The notes beneath the pieces were generated by a model. The model had not been told where the DNA came from and did not search any database. It saw only the letters and a list, made by a program, of their open reading frames with translations. A DNA stretch of 64,000 nt, from positions 25,383 through 89,382 of the forward strand of contig JAWBRA010000003.1 of assembly GCA_038844785.1 (NCBI GenBank), in the 5' to 3' direction. The DNA comes from Candidatus Caldarchaeum sp. (GTDB lineage Archaea; Thermoproteota; Nitrososphaeria_A; Caldarchaeales; Caldarchaeaceae). Made by a program: the position numbers and the translations under genes. This document shows, piece by piece, positions 48,020-58,607 of this stretch; the first letter of the stretch is position 1, and the number at the start of each line of letters is the position of its first letter.

Positions 48020-48854
48020 CGCTTCAACATCAAATCTACTACTAATAACTACTAATATATTTTATCCTACCTCGACCAATCTAGAGGTATTACTTCAACA
48101 CGGACTTCTAGTAAGTTCTATAAACAAGCGTCTGCACTACTTAGCCGGTTTGTCAAAGAAACCTGACACCTTAGACTCATTGATTCTCGTTGACCTTTTG
48201 AAAACTCTAAAAACCATGGTGGATTATAAGACATTATCGGAACACACCGGCATACCTGTCTCAACGCTTACACGTTATGTAACCGACAAGACTTTGCCTC
48301 GACGAAGAAACGCCATAGCTATAGTCGAGAAGCTTTTACGGATGGTTGATCTGGAATCCTTGGTTCGTCAAAGAATTCTATCTGACGGCGATGAGTATGA
48401 CGTTTCTTCTGTGGTTTCGGAGAGCCAGCTCATAAAACTGATTGTCCCGTACATGGCGAAGGAGTTTACGGGGCAGAAGCTTGACTGCTTGCTTGCTGTT
48501 GACAAGGCGGGCCTAGCCCTAGCCACGGCATTCGCCATCCAGAACAACAAGAAGACCTACTACTGTCTGACCAATGAAACTAGCTTTGTCAACAAGTGGA
48601 AAGAGATTAAGTATAGGATAAAGGAGGCAAGGATGTGGGCTAAGATTTACATACCCAAGGATGTTTTGAAGTGTAACGTTCTTTTAACCGCAGGCGTTTT
48701 AGACAACATCGTTCCTCTCAAAGAGATAAGGAGTAGAATCGTGGAGTCAAGGGGGGATGTGGTTGGTGTTTTCTCGATAGCTGCTACGGAACAGTTTCTA
48801 AAAACCGTTAAACCGTTCCAGCTGGGGAAAATCGTAAATTTAATCAGCCTTTAG
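47952..48854 (+). CDS. HTH + degenerate phosphoribosyltransferase regulator (PurR-like); true start likely downstream
   Basis: LSEHTGIPVSTLTRYV..LP HTH; AVDKAGLALAT PRT-like; divergent from the Xdh large subunit. Confidence 0.7.
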   Translation: MSAVYIGFPQTASTALCIEIAFNASTSNLLLITTNIFYPTSTNLEVLLQHGLLVSSINKRLHYLAGLSKKPDTLDSLILVDLLKTLKTMVDYKTLSEHTGIPVSTLTRYVTDKTLPRRRNAIAIVEKLLRMVDLESLVRQRILSDGDEYDVSSVVSESQLIKLIVPYMAKEFTGQKLDCLLAVDKAGLALATAFAIQNNKKTYYCLTNETSFVNKWKEIKYRIKEARMWAKIYIPKDVLKCNVLLTAGVLDNIVPLKEIRSRIVESRGDVVGVFSIAATEQFLKTVKPFQLGKIVNLISL

Positions 48855-49180
48855 GCATACTCTCTCCACGTGTGGCCGCATTTGACACATCGGAAGAACT
48901 GGGTCGTAGGCTCGTCGGCTGACCTCGTCTGAACAGTCCACCACTTGGCCTCGTTGTGTCCGCAGGATGGACAGACCACGTCAAATGTCGTCGGGAGAGG
49001 GGAGTCAGACTGCTCTACCAGTGTTACGGTGTTCCGTGCTGATGACGTGGCTCTGACTTTAATGACGATTTTCTCCTCAGCTAGTTGTTTCTTGTAGCCG
49101 CATCTTTTACAGACGAGAGATACTTTTGACCCGGATTTGGAGGGTGTGAGAGTTTTACCGCAGTTGGGACAGAACTCCAT
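48851..49180 (-). CDS. tfs: Transcription factor S (TFS)
   Basis: FCPNC..CPSCG..QTRSADEP..CVKCGH.WREY. Confidence 0.94.
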   Translation of the reverse strand: MEFCPNCGKTLTPSKSGSKVSLVCKRCGYKKQLAEEKIVIKVRATSSARNTVTLVEQSDSPLPTTFDVVCPSCGHNEAKWWTVQTRSADEPTTQFFRCVKCGHTWREYA

Positions 49181-49191
49181 CGCCGCTCACC

Positions 49192-49461
49192 TCAAACCTC
49201 TTGTTTAAGCCTGTCAACAAGCTCATGCAACTCCTTAAACGCTTTCTTAATGGCCTCGCGGGGCGTGGTTTTTTCAGGGTCAACCTTCACCGACATGGTT
49301 ATGATCCCTGTCAACGGATGCTCAATCCTGTAGCCAGCGTAAAGAACTCCGTTCTGCTCGTTAATTGTCTCGGTGAGGAGACCGACCAACGACTGGTCTT
49401 CTCCCACAACCTCGACCAGCATGAAGCTCTCATCCTCCTCTAAGACCCTCAGCTTTACCAA
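49192..49461 (-). CDS. rpoL: RNA polymerase subunit Rpo11 (L)
   Basis: GEDQS..YAGYRIEHPL. Confidence 0.9.
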   Translation of the reverse strand: MVKLRVLEEDESFMLVEVVGEDQSLVGLLTETINEQNGVLYAGYRIEHPLTGIITMSVKVDPEKTTPREAIKKAFKELHELVDRLKQEV

Positions 49462-50027
49462 CTCACACCCACCAGCTCGGCCAAAACCTGTAGGTTTCCG
49501 TATTTTAAAACTGTTCGCCTTCTCTCCCTGTTACCGCACCGACTACATGTCAGGACATGGTTTTTCTTCTCCAGAACTTTTCCGCAGACGCTGCAGGTTG
49601 CTAGAAGCACGCCGCAGCCGGGCCGGTAAATGTCAAAGGTGATTATTCCCCTGAATATGCTGGTCACTTCCATCACCGCAATATCCCCAACCCCAACAAG
49701 GTTCTCCATCTGGTCGTTTCTACGGGACACCAGTACTCCTGTCCTTCTGTATTTCAATGGTTTATCAGGTAGTTTGGCGAAGGCCTCAGCCACGGCTATC
49801 TTTTCCTGCACATCCTTCACCTCTGCCAGCACTCTGTCGTTTTTAGCAAGCCTATAGTTCACTTTAAAAGAGGTCACGTTCACCTCTCTATTGTTAAGGT
49901 CGTAAACGACTTTGCCGAAGAACTGTGACTTCACAACACCGTGAGCATCAAGGGTAACACCCCTCCCAGGTAGAAACTCTTCAACAACACATATGGGCTC
50001 TCCGGGAAAAACAAGAGTCTTCTTCAT
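49455..50027 (-). CDS. csl4: Exosome RNA-binding protein Csl4
   Basis: VFPGE..EEFLPG..GVLLATCSVC..CSRCG.RERR. Confidence 0.88.
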   Translation of the reverse strand: MKKTLVFPGEPICVVEEFLPGRGVTLDAHGVVKSQFFGKVVYDLNNREVNVTSFKVNYRLAKNDRVLAEVKDVQEKIAVAEAFAKLPDKPLKYRRTGVLVSRRNDQMENLVGVGDIAVMEVTSIFRGIITFDIYRPGCGVLLATCSVCGKVLEKKNHVLTCSRCGNRERRRTVLKYGNLQVLAELVGVSW

Positions 50028-51103
50028 GTTACAATCTCCCTCAAAGGTCTCCAGAACTTTCTGCCCATGTCTTGACCTTTCCATCCCCATGGATACATCA
50101 GGAGGCCCATGTCAACAACTTCCTCCCACTTTAAAACACCTAAGGCGATCATCGCCTCCGCGGGGAGGAGGACGGGCTTAGAAAACTGGGATTGGTCTTC
50201 AATGCTTAGACGCGGGCAGGCTGTGTTCACAAAACCGTCGAACCTATTTTCCATAACAGTGTTGGCTGTTATTTCATCAGTCACTAGGATGAACGAGTTT
50301 TTACCAAAGCTTTTCAGCATCCTGTTAATTTTACGAGCCAGGCCCAATCTTTTCTGACCTGGTTTGACGCTGACCAAAACCGCTACATTTTCACATTTTT
50401 TGAACCTCTCGATGTTATAGTATCTTTGTTTGAGGATGCGCTCCCTCATCTCCCACAGGTTTTTTACATTTTGTGTGTGGGGGTCGGCGGCGTAGCTGGG
50501 CTTATTTGTCAACAGCGATATTCCGAGACCGTGGAAAATGCTTCCAACCACGAGAAAGGCGTCAACGACGTTTTCTAACGTTTTTAAAGCGCTTACGTCG
50601 CAGCCCAAAACCTGTGCAGTTTCAACTGCGTACATGCTTGGCTTAGCGGTTAAAACTTCTAAACCAGTTTTCTTGAGCTCTTCCGCGATAACATTCAAAT
50701 GGTCAAGCCATTGAACGCTGCTGCCTAGCCCAACCGTTCCAAACCCTTTCAAGGCTTCAGCGGTTTGTGGGATTAAACTCCTCAACGGACGGTCGTCTAC
50801 ATATCTGCACTCGAGATATATGGTGGGTTTTTTATCTTTTCTAAGGAAGCGGCTGTGCCCTAGATGTATTATGGCATCGATGTCTAAGGCGGAGGCCTCA
50901 TAGTACGCCACATCACATCCTCCCCAGCAGTTTGAGCTGGACAAAGTTACGTCAAAACCCTCCTTCTCCAGCATCTCACCGACTTTTACCGCAACTTTTC
51001 TGAAACCTAACGGCGACTGCACCAACACCCTGCATGCTCCAATTTCTTTCAGACTCTCTACCGCATGCTTCAAGTCAACCGAACAGCCTTCGATGACCGC
51101 CAT
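50024..51103 (-). CDS. dph2: Diphthamide biosynthesis enzyme Dph2
   Basis: CWGGCD, HLGHS, QVLGCD, NTACPR. Confidence 0.93.
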   Translation of the reverse strand: MAVIEGCSVDLKHAVESLKEIGACRVLVQSPLGFRKVAVKVGEMLEKEGFDVTLSSSNCWGGCDVAYYEASALDIDAIIHLGHSRFLRKDKKPTIYLECRYVDDRPLRSLIPQTAEALKGFGTVGLGSSVQWLDHLNVIAEELKKTGLEVLTAKPSMYAVETAQVLGCDVSALKTLENVVDAFLVVGSIFHGLGISLLTNKPSYAADPHTQNVKNLWEMRERILKQRYYNIERFKKCENVAVLVSVKPGQKRLGLARKINRMLKSFGKNSFILVTDEITANTVMENRFDGFVNTACPRLSIEDQSQFSKPVLLPAEAMIALGVLKWEEVVDMGLLMYPWGWKGQDMGRKFWRPLREIVT

Positions 51104-51404
51104 CCTGTCTATTGGCTGTTCTAGCGCTTTATTAATGTAAGAAGGCAACCATCGCTTGTTAAAAGCTCTGAAACGCTCTTATTTCTCTTTCTTCTTGTTT
51201 TTCCTTAATATTGTGTTGTAATCTGGCCGTCAGCCAAATTATGACAGGGGGAATGGTATTGTAGAAAATGCTGTCAAACCTTCCCCAACAAGGGCCCACC
51301 TCTGGAAAGGCGGCCCATAGTTAAACATACCGTATCCGTTTGATACGGTCCAAGCAAATTTTAACTATGGGTTTCTTGGTGATCTGACGTGTCTGGAGCT
51401 GGGT

Positions 51405-51984
51405 ATGTTGACTTATGATGTGCTGTCGAGCATTAGGCAGGCTGTGAACGTTGCTCAGACGGAGGAGGGTTTGAGGCTGCGTGTTTCGGGCGTCATCGAG
51501 CAGAAGGTTTTGAAGCCTCTGGGCATAACGCAGGTGGGGAAGTATGAGTATACGTTGGTGTCGGGCGTTAAGGTTGATGCTCTGTACGGCCATGTCTTGA
51601 TTGAGTATAAAGCTCTCCAGCAAAGCTGATGTTTCTAAGGCTAAGGAGCAGCTGGTAAACTACATTGTGCAGGAGGCTGGTGTAGAGGATAGGTTTCGGT
51701 ATTTTCTGGGGATTATTCTGGGCGACCGTATAGCTTTTTTGAGGTATGAGCCTAGGGCCTCTGGGGATAAATGGGTTTTGAGGGGGCCTTATGAGATAAA
51801 CCGTGAAACTGTTATCAAGCTTGTTGAGGCTCTCCGCGGTCTTCAGAGGAAAAGGCTTGACGTTGATTCTTTGGTGAGGGATTTTGGGCCTCAGTCGGAT
51901 GCGGCGAGGAAGCTTGTCAAGCTGTTGTACGAGAGGCTGAACGCCAGCAAATCGGGGAGGGTTGGGGCTTTGTATAATGTATGA
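51405..51984 (+). pseudogene. N-terminal fragment of a type IIG-like fused restriction-modification enzyme
   Basis: VDALYGHVLIEYK PD-(D/E)xK motif; frameshift at ~51612; LVRDFGP; ends before any methyltransferase motif. Confidence 0.7.
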
Positions 51985-52020
51985 ATAACCTTTTTTGATA
52001 CGTGTGACTGTTTACAAACG

Positions 52021-53292
52021 ATGGTTGATTATGATGTCTTGGTGGTTGGCGGAGGTATCCTAGGGCTTTCAGCCGCATACTATGTAAAACATGCTCATAG
52101 AGAGCTTTCGGTCGCAATACTGGAAAAGGAGAAGGATGTGGGTCAGGGGAACACGGCGAAAAGCGTAGGCGGCTACCGTCATGGAATATTTACATCACGT
52201 GTTAACCAGATGCTAGCCGAGACTACTGTCGAGCACTTTAGAGCTGTGGAGGAGTCTGGCGAAGCGAAACTCAACATGAGAGATGTGGGTTATCTCATAT
52301 TACTGGATAAAAACAGGCTTGAGAAAGTCGGTCGGATCGTTAACTACTTCGTCAAAACAGGTAAGGCGCTGCTGTTAAACCAGCGTGAACTTTCTGAGAA
52401 CTTTGGGTTAAGAACAAGTTTCACAGGTGACGAGGAGGCTACTCTCATGGGCCTTGAGGACATCTTGAACGGTCTCTTCGCACCCAAGTGCGGTATGCTG
52501 GATGTTGAGAAAGTCGTGGAGCTTTATAAAAAGAGATGTGTTAACATAGGTGTTGAAATAATCACGGGGGTCAAAGCAGAAAAACTGTTTCTAGAACCTG
52601 AGAGGCCTTTGGGAATCCCGAACGAGCCGAGGGCATGGCAGAAATCTCGCATAGGAGGGGTTGTCACCAACGATACAAAGTTTAAGGCGAAGAGCGTGAT
52701 AGTGGCGGCTGGGAGCTGGACACCAGACCTCCTCGACCCGTTGGGCGTCGACTGTTTCGTTAAACCGAAGAAAAGACAGCTGTACGTCATAAAAGCCTCC
52801 AACGAGCTCGAAGCCTTACTCAACAAACAATGGGATGGAAATAGACAGTTGCCGATGATGTTTTTCCCGAACGGGCTCTACATAGTTCCCCGCATTGAGG
52901 AGAAATCTTTCTGGGTTAGCTTAACCGACGAAGTTGGAAGACCATTCGGCCACGATTACGAACCAGACCCCAGATTCTACTATGAAAACGTGTACCCCCT
53001 GCTGTGTCAGTATTATCCACAGTTTTCTGGGGCAAGACCCTATAACATGTGGGCGGGCTGCTATTCGATGAACAACCTTGACGGAAACCCATTTGTCTTC
53101 AAGTTTCTCAACTGCGTTGTCGCAACGGGTGGGAGCGGAAGCGGAGTGATGAAATCCGATGCGATAGGACGGATAGCGGAGGCTGTTTTATTCGACAAAC
53201 CCTACGCAATCCTTCATGGCGGCGTCAAATTTGAAGCCGATAAAATAGGTGTCTTCAACAGACAGGTTGACAAAGAATATTTCATCCTATAG
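52021..53292 (+). CDS. FAD-dependent oxidoreductase (DAO/sarcosine oxidase beta-like)
   Basis: GGGILG, GNTAKS, WAGCY, GSGVMK. Confidence 0.88.
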   Translation: MVDYDVLVVGGGILGLSAAYYVKHAHRELSVAILEKEKDVGQGNTAKSVGGYRHGIFTSRVNQMLAETTVEHFRAVEESGEAKLNMRDVGYLILLDKNRLEKVGRIVNYFVKTGKALLLNQRELSENFGLRTSFTGDEEATLMGLEDILNGLFAPKCGMLDVEKVVELYKKRCVNIGVEIITGVKAEKLFLEPERPLGIPNEPRAWQKSRIGGVVTNDTKFKAKSVIVAAGSWTPDLLDPLGVDCFVKPKKRQLYVIKASNELEALLNKQWDGNRQLPMMFFPNGLYIVPRIEEKSFWVSLTDEVGRPFGHDYEPDPRFYYENVYPLLCQYYPQFSGARPYNMWAGCYSMNNLDGNPFVFKFLNCVVATGGSGSGVMKSDAIGRIAEAVLFDKPYAILHGGVKFEADKIGVFNRQVDKEYFIL

Positions 53293-53751
53293 GTGGCGTC
53301 GTTGAAGGTTTGGTATTTTGCTTATGGTTCAAATTTAGACCAGGAGGGGATGAGAAGAAGGGTTGGCCGATGGTATGACTTGAAGCCAGCTTTGTTGAAA
53401 GGGTTTAGGCTTGTTTTTGACGTTTACTCTGGTTCATGGCGTGGTGGTGTGGCTAACATAAAAGAAGACGAGACTTCAGTTGTTTACGGCGCAGCTTACC
53501 TGCTGGACGAAGAACAGCTTGAAAAACTAGACAGGTATGAGGGTGTGCCACACCTCTACCACAGGCGTAAAGTCTATGTCGAGATCGAGGGCAAGCCGGT
53601 TGAGGCGTTTGTTTACGTAGGCAGCAACCCTCGAACCTCAGTTATACCCTCGACCGAGTATTTGTCGTTGATGATCAAGGGCTTGAAGAAACTGGGATAT
53701 GGAGAGGAGGTTCTCAAAGCTGTTAGGCTGGCTGCTGAGAGAAGGGTGTAG
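53293..53751 (+). CDS. Gamma-glutamylcyclotransferase family protein
   Basis: YFAYGSNL, LDRYEG. Confidence 0.9.
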   Translation: MASLKVWYFAYGSNLDQEGMRRRVGRWYDLKPALLKGFRLVFDVYSGSWRGGVANIKEDETSVVYGAAYLLDEEQLEKLDRYEGVPHLYHRRKVYVEIEGKPVEAFVYVGSNPRTSVIPSTEYLSLMIKGLKKLGYGEEVLKAVRLAAERRV

Positions 53752-53757
53752 TACGGG

Positions 53758-56700
53758 ATGATTGACACCTCGGATCTTTTACAGCGATTAGGCTATGACT
53801 ATCATGTTTTCGTCGAAAAAGCTGTGACACCACCTACAGTTGATGAAAGATTCGGCGACATACTGCCAGCCCTTAAACTTTCGACGAGAGCTAGATGTCT
53901 GGAGCTGGCTATTAAAAAGCTTTACGTTCATCAGAAAAAAGCCCTTGAATCTCTGAGCGAGGGATGTAATCTCATTCTGAAGGCCGGTTCTGGCAGCGGT
54001 AAGACAGAGGCATGGTTTCTGTATTCTGCTAAGTGTAAGGTGAAGACTTTAGCCGTTTACCCAACGTTAGCGTTGTCTAACGACCAGCAGGAGAGGCTGC
54101 TGGACTATTGCTCCGCATTGGGTATGAACACAGTCCCGATAGACGCCGTTAGAAAAGACGAGTATGTGAGGCAGATGGAGGCGAAAGGCCTTAGAAACCT
54201 TCTTGCAAAAGCCGACATAGTGGTGACAAACCCTGCCTACCTGCTCAACGAGCTCAAAAGAATAGGCTCTAACAAAAGCTCGTACCTCAAAACGTTCTTA
54301 ACTTCATGCGGGCTAGTGGTCCTCGACGAGTTCGATTTCTACGGCCCACGTTCGATCTCGATGCTGCTCACCATGATCCAGCTGATCGCCGAGATGCTCA
54401 ACCCAAAGCTACAGGTAACGGTGATGACGGCAACGCTTCAAGACCCTCAGGCGGTAGCTGAAATCCTCACCTCCATAAACGGAAGGCCTTCACGGATTGT
54501 TGATGGCGAGCCTTTCCACCCCGAAAACAGAACGTATCTTGTTTTAGGCAAATCCTTGGAGAAACTTTGGCGTATGATAAGCTCCCAGACACAGAAGCTG
54601 AGAGAGGCGGGGGTTGGCGACGACGTCATACAATGTCTAAAAGATTTTAACAGCTTCAAGATGAACTTTTTCAAAGTTATTGAAGCATCTTCAGCAGCTG
54701 GCTTGGAAATTCCCGAATACTTTGAAGACCCGTCCGAGATACTGAAGCATTATGCTTCCGACGAATCCCTCACCATCGTTTTCACCAACAGCATTTCATC
54801 TGCTGAGGAAATGTGCAGAAGGATTTTATCGAGGCTTGACAGCTCTCGCACGGTTGCAACCCACCATCATCTGCTGCTAAAATCCCAGCGTAGGGGGATT
54901 GAGGAGGCAGCCCGCAACGGAGCCGTTAAGATGATTTTCACGCCGCGTACGCTGAGCCAAGGCATAGACATCGGAACTGTTAGACGTGTCGTTCATCTTG
55001 GGCTTCCGAAAAACATTAGAGAGTTTAGGCAGAGAGAAGGCAGGAAGGGCAGGAGACCTGAGATAGAGTGGACTGAGACCGTGGTAATCCCCTACAGCCA
55101 GTGGGACAGGGATTTGCTAAGCCGGGGTGTTGATGTTTTCAGGAAATGGGCTGGGCTTCCCATGGAGAAAGCTGTAGTCAACGCCGAAAACCTTTACGGC
55201 CGTCTTTTTAAGAGTCTGTTCACCTTTCAATCACCTGCTTTAAGAAAGACCATGAGCAAGGATGATGTTCTGTTTTTGAGGGATCTTGGGCTTGAGAGCG
55301 ACGGCATGTTGACTAAAACCGGCAAGATGGCCTGGCTTAAGATGAATTTTTATGAGTTCGCGCCACCCTACGGCATTAAACGCTGGCGTGTGACTGAGGA
55401 CGGAGGTCTGAGAAACTTGGAGGACATATCCCATGTGGATTTGGTGGAAAAGTTCCAGCCAGGCTCTATCGACCCCAGCAGCGAGGGAGTGGTGGTTGAG
55501 CTAAGGCTTGGAGGTTCTGGGGGCAGGGTTGTCACAGCCGTCGTAGTCGATGATTTTAACGCAAGCAAGCTGCGGAGACACGACGCCCTAGCCCCCGTCA
55601 TAGAAGAATATGAAAGATTAAAACTGAGATGGGGTGAAAGACCTGATTTAAGACGGGATTTCTACACAGGCAGGATAAATTCTGAAATACATTTAGTCGT
55701 CCACGCACCCTCCAACGGCTTCGGCCTCTACACCAAATTTCCGAACAGAGTTGAGTGGCGAATAACCTCTGGAAAGAAGCAGATAATCAACGTTGGCGAA
55801 ACGACGTATGTCTCTAGGATTGTTAAATCTATCGAAGTCCCAACCGCCACCTACGGACTTTACAGCGATTATACGTATGGTTTGAGTGTGGAGGCATCGC
55901 ATTTGGACGACCCGATGCTGCTTAGGCTGGGTGCATGCTTTGTTTTGATTGTTCTCAGACGACTTCATAACATCTCCCTCGACCTCATCAAATACGATGT
56001 GCTGGTTCTCGGGGATAGGAAAGTTGTTGTGTTCCACGAAAGCGAAAGCGCCTGCCTCCTGCCGAAAATCGAGTGGAAGACTCTCTATGATGAGGTTGCG
56101 GGGTACATTCCAGACGGGCTTGACGAAGTTTTCGTACAGCAGGTAGACGAGCAGGCCTACGCCACTTTCCTTAGCCTGAAGCTGGACTGGCAAAACGTCA
56201 AGACCTATGCTTTGAAGATAATAGAATACTTTCTTTTGAAGGAAAGGCTAAGGCTTCGTGTTGGTGGTAAGGTTTTGGAGGTAACGAAGCCGTCAAAGGC
56301 TTTGAAGGCCATGTCGTTGTCAGCCGTCTCCGTCATAATGAGGGAAGACCTTGGGGCGGGACTTTACGCTGTTGCACTCTTCGACGGAGAGGCAACTCAT
56401 GCGGTCACGGGCGTGCTAGAGTTTAAACAACCCACCGACGACGCCGCACAATTGCTGGCGACCCTCTCACAGCTGTTAAACCAAGGCTTTATCACGCTCG
56501 TCTACGATAAGGAAATGCTGATAAGAATTCTGGAGAACTGCGGGCTGGAGAGCTTGAAGGCGATCGTCTACGGTTTGGATAGGGCTGGAAAGCTCGTGGA
56601 CGTAAAGCAGATGCTTTCTGAAAAGCTGGACAAAACCATTCCGCTAGAGGTGTTGGAGAATTCTCTTGGTTTGAGGCGTGAGGTTGGACTGGCTGAGCTA

Positions 56701-56850
56701 GTTGTAAGGTCTGAGATGGAGAGGAGACGGAGGCCAGGCATGCGATTCATAAGGTCAAAGCCTGAGAAGTTATCACAGCTAATGGAGAACTTTCTCAAAG
56801 ACGAGGTGCGGAACATCTTTATTGCATGGCTTGTCTCTAAAACACTTTAG
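53758..56850 (+). CDS. SF2 helicase, YprA/Hrq1-like, with long C-terminal extension
   Basis: LYVHQ, GSGSGKTE, YPTLALSNDQ, DEFD, TAT, GIDIG, QREGRKGR. Confidence 0.88.
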   Translation: MIDTSDLLQRLGYDYHVFVEKAVTPPTVDERFGDILPALKLSTRARCLELAIKKLYVHQKKALESLSEGCNLILKAGSGSGKTEAWFLYSAKCKVKTLAVYPTLALSNDQQERLLDYCSALGMNTVPIDAVRKDEYVRQMEAKGLRNLLAKADIVVTNPAYLLNELKRIGSNKSSYLKTFLTSCGLVVLDEFDFYGPRSISMLLTMIQLIAEMLNPKLQVTVMTATLQDPQAVAEILTSINGRPSRIVDGEPFHPENRTYLVLGKSLEKLWRMISSQTQKLREAGVGDDVIQCLKDFNSFKMNFFKVIEASSAAGLEIPEYFEDPSEILKHYASDESLTIVFTNSISSAEEMCRRILSRLDSSRTVATHHHLLLKSQRRGIEEAARNGAVKMIFTPRTLSQGIDIGTVRRVVHLGLPKNIREFRQREGRKGRRPEIEWTETVVIPYSQWDRDLLSRGVDVFRKWAGLPMEKAVVNAENLYGRLFKSLFTFQSPALRKTMSKDDVLFLRDLGLESDGMLTKTGKMAWLKMNFYEFAPPYGIKRWRVTEDGGLRNLEDISHVDLVEKFQPGSIDPSSEGVVVELRLGGSGGRVVTAVVVDDFNASKLRRHDALAPVIEEYERLKLRWGERPDLRRDFYTGRINSEIHLVVHAPSNGFGLYTKFPNRVEWRITSGKKQIINVGETTYVSRIVKSIEVPTATYGLYSDYTYGLSVEASHLDDPMLLRLGACFVLIVLRRLHNISLDLIKYDVLVLGDRKVVVFHESESACLLPKIEWKTLYDEVAGYIPDGLDEVFVQQVDEQAYATFLSLKLDWQNVKTYALKIIEYFLLKERLRLRVGGKVLEVTKPSKALKAMSLSAVSVIMREDLGAGLYAVALFDGEATHAVTGVLEFKQPTDDAAQLLATLSQLLNQGFITLVYDKEMLIRILENCGLESLKAIVYGLDRAGKLVDVKQMLSEKLDKTIPLEVLENSLGLRREVGLAELVVRSEMERRRRPGMRFIRSKPEKLSQLMENFLKDEVRNIFIAWLVSKTL

Positions 56851-56852
56851 GA

Positions 56853-57398
56853 ATGCACATAGCCCTAGACGTTGACGGAGTTCTAGCAGACCTTGCGGGA
56901 ATGATAGTAAAGCTTTACCGAGAGGAGACTGGCGTCTCCATCGACAGGAGCATCATAACTGAATGGGAGTTCTGGCACAAGCTTTCCATGACAAGGCAGC
57001 AGTTTATGGAGATGATCGTGAAGGCTTGGTCTAGGTGGTTTGAGATCCAGCCTCTCGAGGACGATCTCTCTGAGGATGTTGAGGCGCTGTCTAGAATTGG
57101 AGTCGTAGACATTCTCACACAACGGCCTGCTCAAACGATAAACTATGTCAAACAGTGGCTGAAGCATCATAATATCAGATACCGTATGTTCACGTGGGTT
57201 CCGCTCAAAGCATCGAAGGTAAGCTTTGTCTACGACGTCTACATAGACGACTCTCCGCGCTTAGCTGAACAACTCCAGAAAACAAATCGTCTGCTTCTTC
57301 TATATGACCAGCCTTGGAACATGAACGTCAACATTGGACACAACATTCTTAGGGTCAGGTCGTTAGACGAGGCTGTTGAAAGGCTTGCCAACTTTTGA
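56853..57398 (+). CDS. HAD-family 5'(3')-nucleotidase-like hydrolase
   Basis: DVDGVLAD, YIDDSP, QPWN. Confidence 0.88.
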   Translation: MHIALDVDGVLADLAGMIVKLYREETGVSIDRSIITEWEFWHKLSMTRQQFMEMIVKAWSRWFEIQPLEDDLSEDVEALSRIGVVDILTQRPAQTINYVKQWLKHHNIRYRMFTWVPLKASKVSFVYDVYIDDSPRLAEQLQKTNRLLLLYDQPWNMNVNIGHNILRVRSLDEAVERLANF

Positions 57399-57936
57399 AA
57401 AAGTTCCGGCCGAGAGGGTTCACAGGCTTTTTTACCCCCAGATACCTGCTGTATTAACAGCTTCTTACGGCGATGAAGTAGGTGGTCTTCTGGTGACCAG
57501 CGTCACCCCAGTTTCAATAAAGCCATCCATGATAGGTGTTGCGTTAGGTAAAGACCATAGGACGACACGGCTTGTTGAAGCTTCGAAACGTTTTGGAGTG
57601 TGCTGGCTCTCCTACGAGGCTGTTGATAGGCTTCCAAGGCTTGCTGAATCCTTTCCACCCTATGTCAGGGACAAGCTGAGAGAATGTGGGTTCAGCTATA
57701 GGTGGGGAAGGGTTGTCTCGGTCCCTGTTTTAGATGAGGCGGCCGCATGGGTTGAGTGTGTCGTCGACTGGAGCAGAGAGGCTGGGGACCATGTTTTCTA
57801 CGTCGGGAGGGTTGAGGCAGCATACGCTTCCGAAGACTTCGGTGAATACTGGTCGTTCAGAAAATACAAGCCAGTTCTTTACGTGGGCGGAGCTAGGGCT
57901 GAATGGCCGAAATACGTCAGGTTTCCCCCCGAATGA
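57376..57936 (+). CDS. Flavin reductase family protein
   Basis: [21 protein letters not shown]. Confidence 0.88.
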   Translation: MKGLPTFEKVPAERVHRLFYPQIPAVLTASYGDEVGGLLVTSVTPVSIKPSMIGVALGKDHRTTRLVEASKRFGVCWLSYEAVDRLPRLAESFPPYVRDKLRECGFSYRWGRVVSVPVLDEAAAWVECVVDWSREAGDHVFYVGRVEAAYASEDFGEYWSFRKYKPVLYVGGARAEWPKYVRFPPE

Positions 57937-58528
57937 CCCTAGCACCTACCCTCACGCTGTGTTTGTAGCCCACGCCTTTGAACCTCTCCTCGTTCCAGAC
58001 ATCACCCCTCTCATGATAGCCGCGCATCTCCCAGTAGCCGTCAACGTAAACCGGAAGCAGCTCCACTTCTTTCAACCATTTTGCGCTCTTCCATCCGTAC
58101 AGATGGGGTATGAACGGACGGGCTGGAAACCCTTGGTCAACAGACAGTGGTTTGCCGTTCATCTTCAAGGCGACGATAGCGTCTTCGGACATCGCATCCT
58201 CCAACGGTACAGGGGCTGAGTAACCGTCTAAGCATACGAACATAACCCACTTAGCCTCTTTTCTAACCCGGGAAGATTCCAGCAGGCGTCGAAGGCTGAC
58301 ACCAGTCCACTCCACATCCCTAATGCTCCACTTGGTCACACAGTGGAAGGGTTTTACGTACTTTTTGTCAGCCATCTCGAGAAGCTGTTTGTAAGTGTAT
58401 TCTTTTTCTTCCTCGACAAGGCCTGTGATTTTTAGCCGCCATCTTTCAACGTCTATCTCAGGCGTTCCTAATGCGGAGTAGATCACCCAGTTTCTAGCCC
58501 ATACCTGTCCAGGTGGGATATCATCCAA
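57917..58528 (-). CDS. Sulfite oxidase-like molybdopterin oxidoreductase
   Basis: [35 protein letters not shown]. Confidence 0.92.
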   Translation of the reverse strand: MDDIPPGQVWARNWVIYSALGTPEIDVERWRLKITGLVEEEKEYTYKQLLEMADKKYVKPFHCVTKWSIRDVEWTGVSLRRLLESSRVRKEAKWVMFVCLDGYSAPVPLEDAMSEDAIVALKMNGKPLSVDQGFPARPFIPHLYGWKSAKWLKEVELLPVYVDGYWEMRGYHERGDVWNEERFKGVGYKHSVRVGARVIRGET

Positions 58529-58607
58529 CGTCGAAAACCCTGTTTCGGATGGATTTATCTGTGACGGGTTAACAAGTTAAAATGCAAGCTTTGAAGACTT
58601 TTGAACC

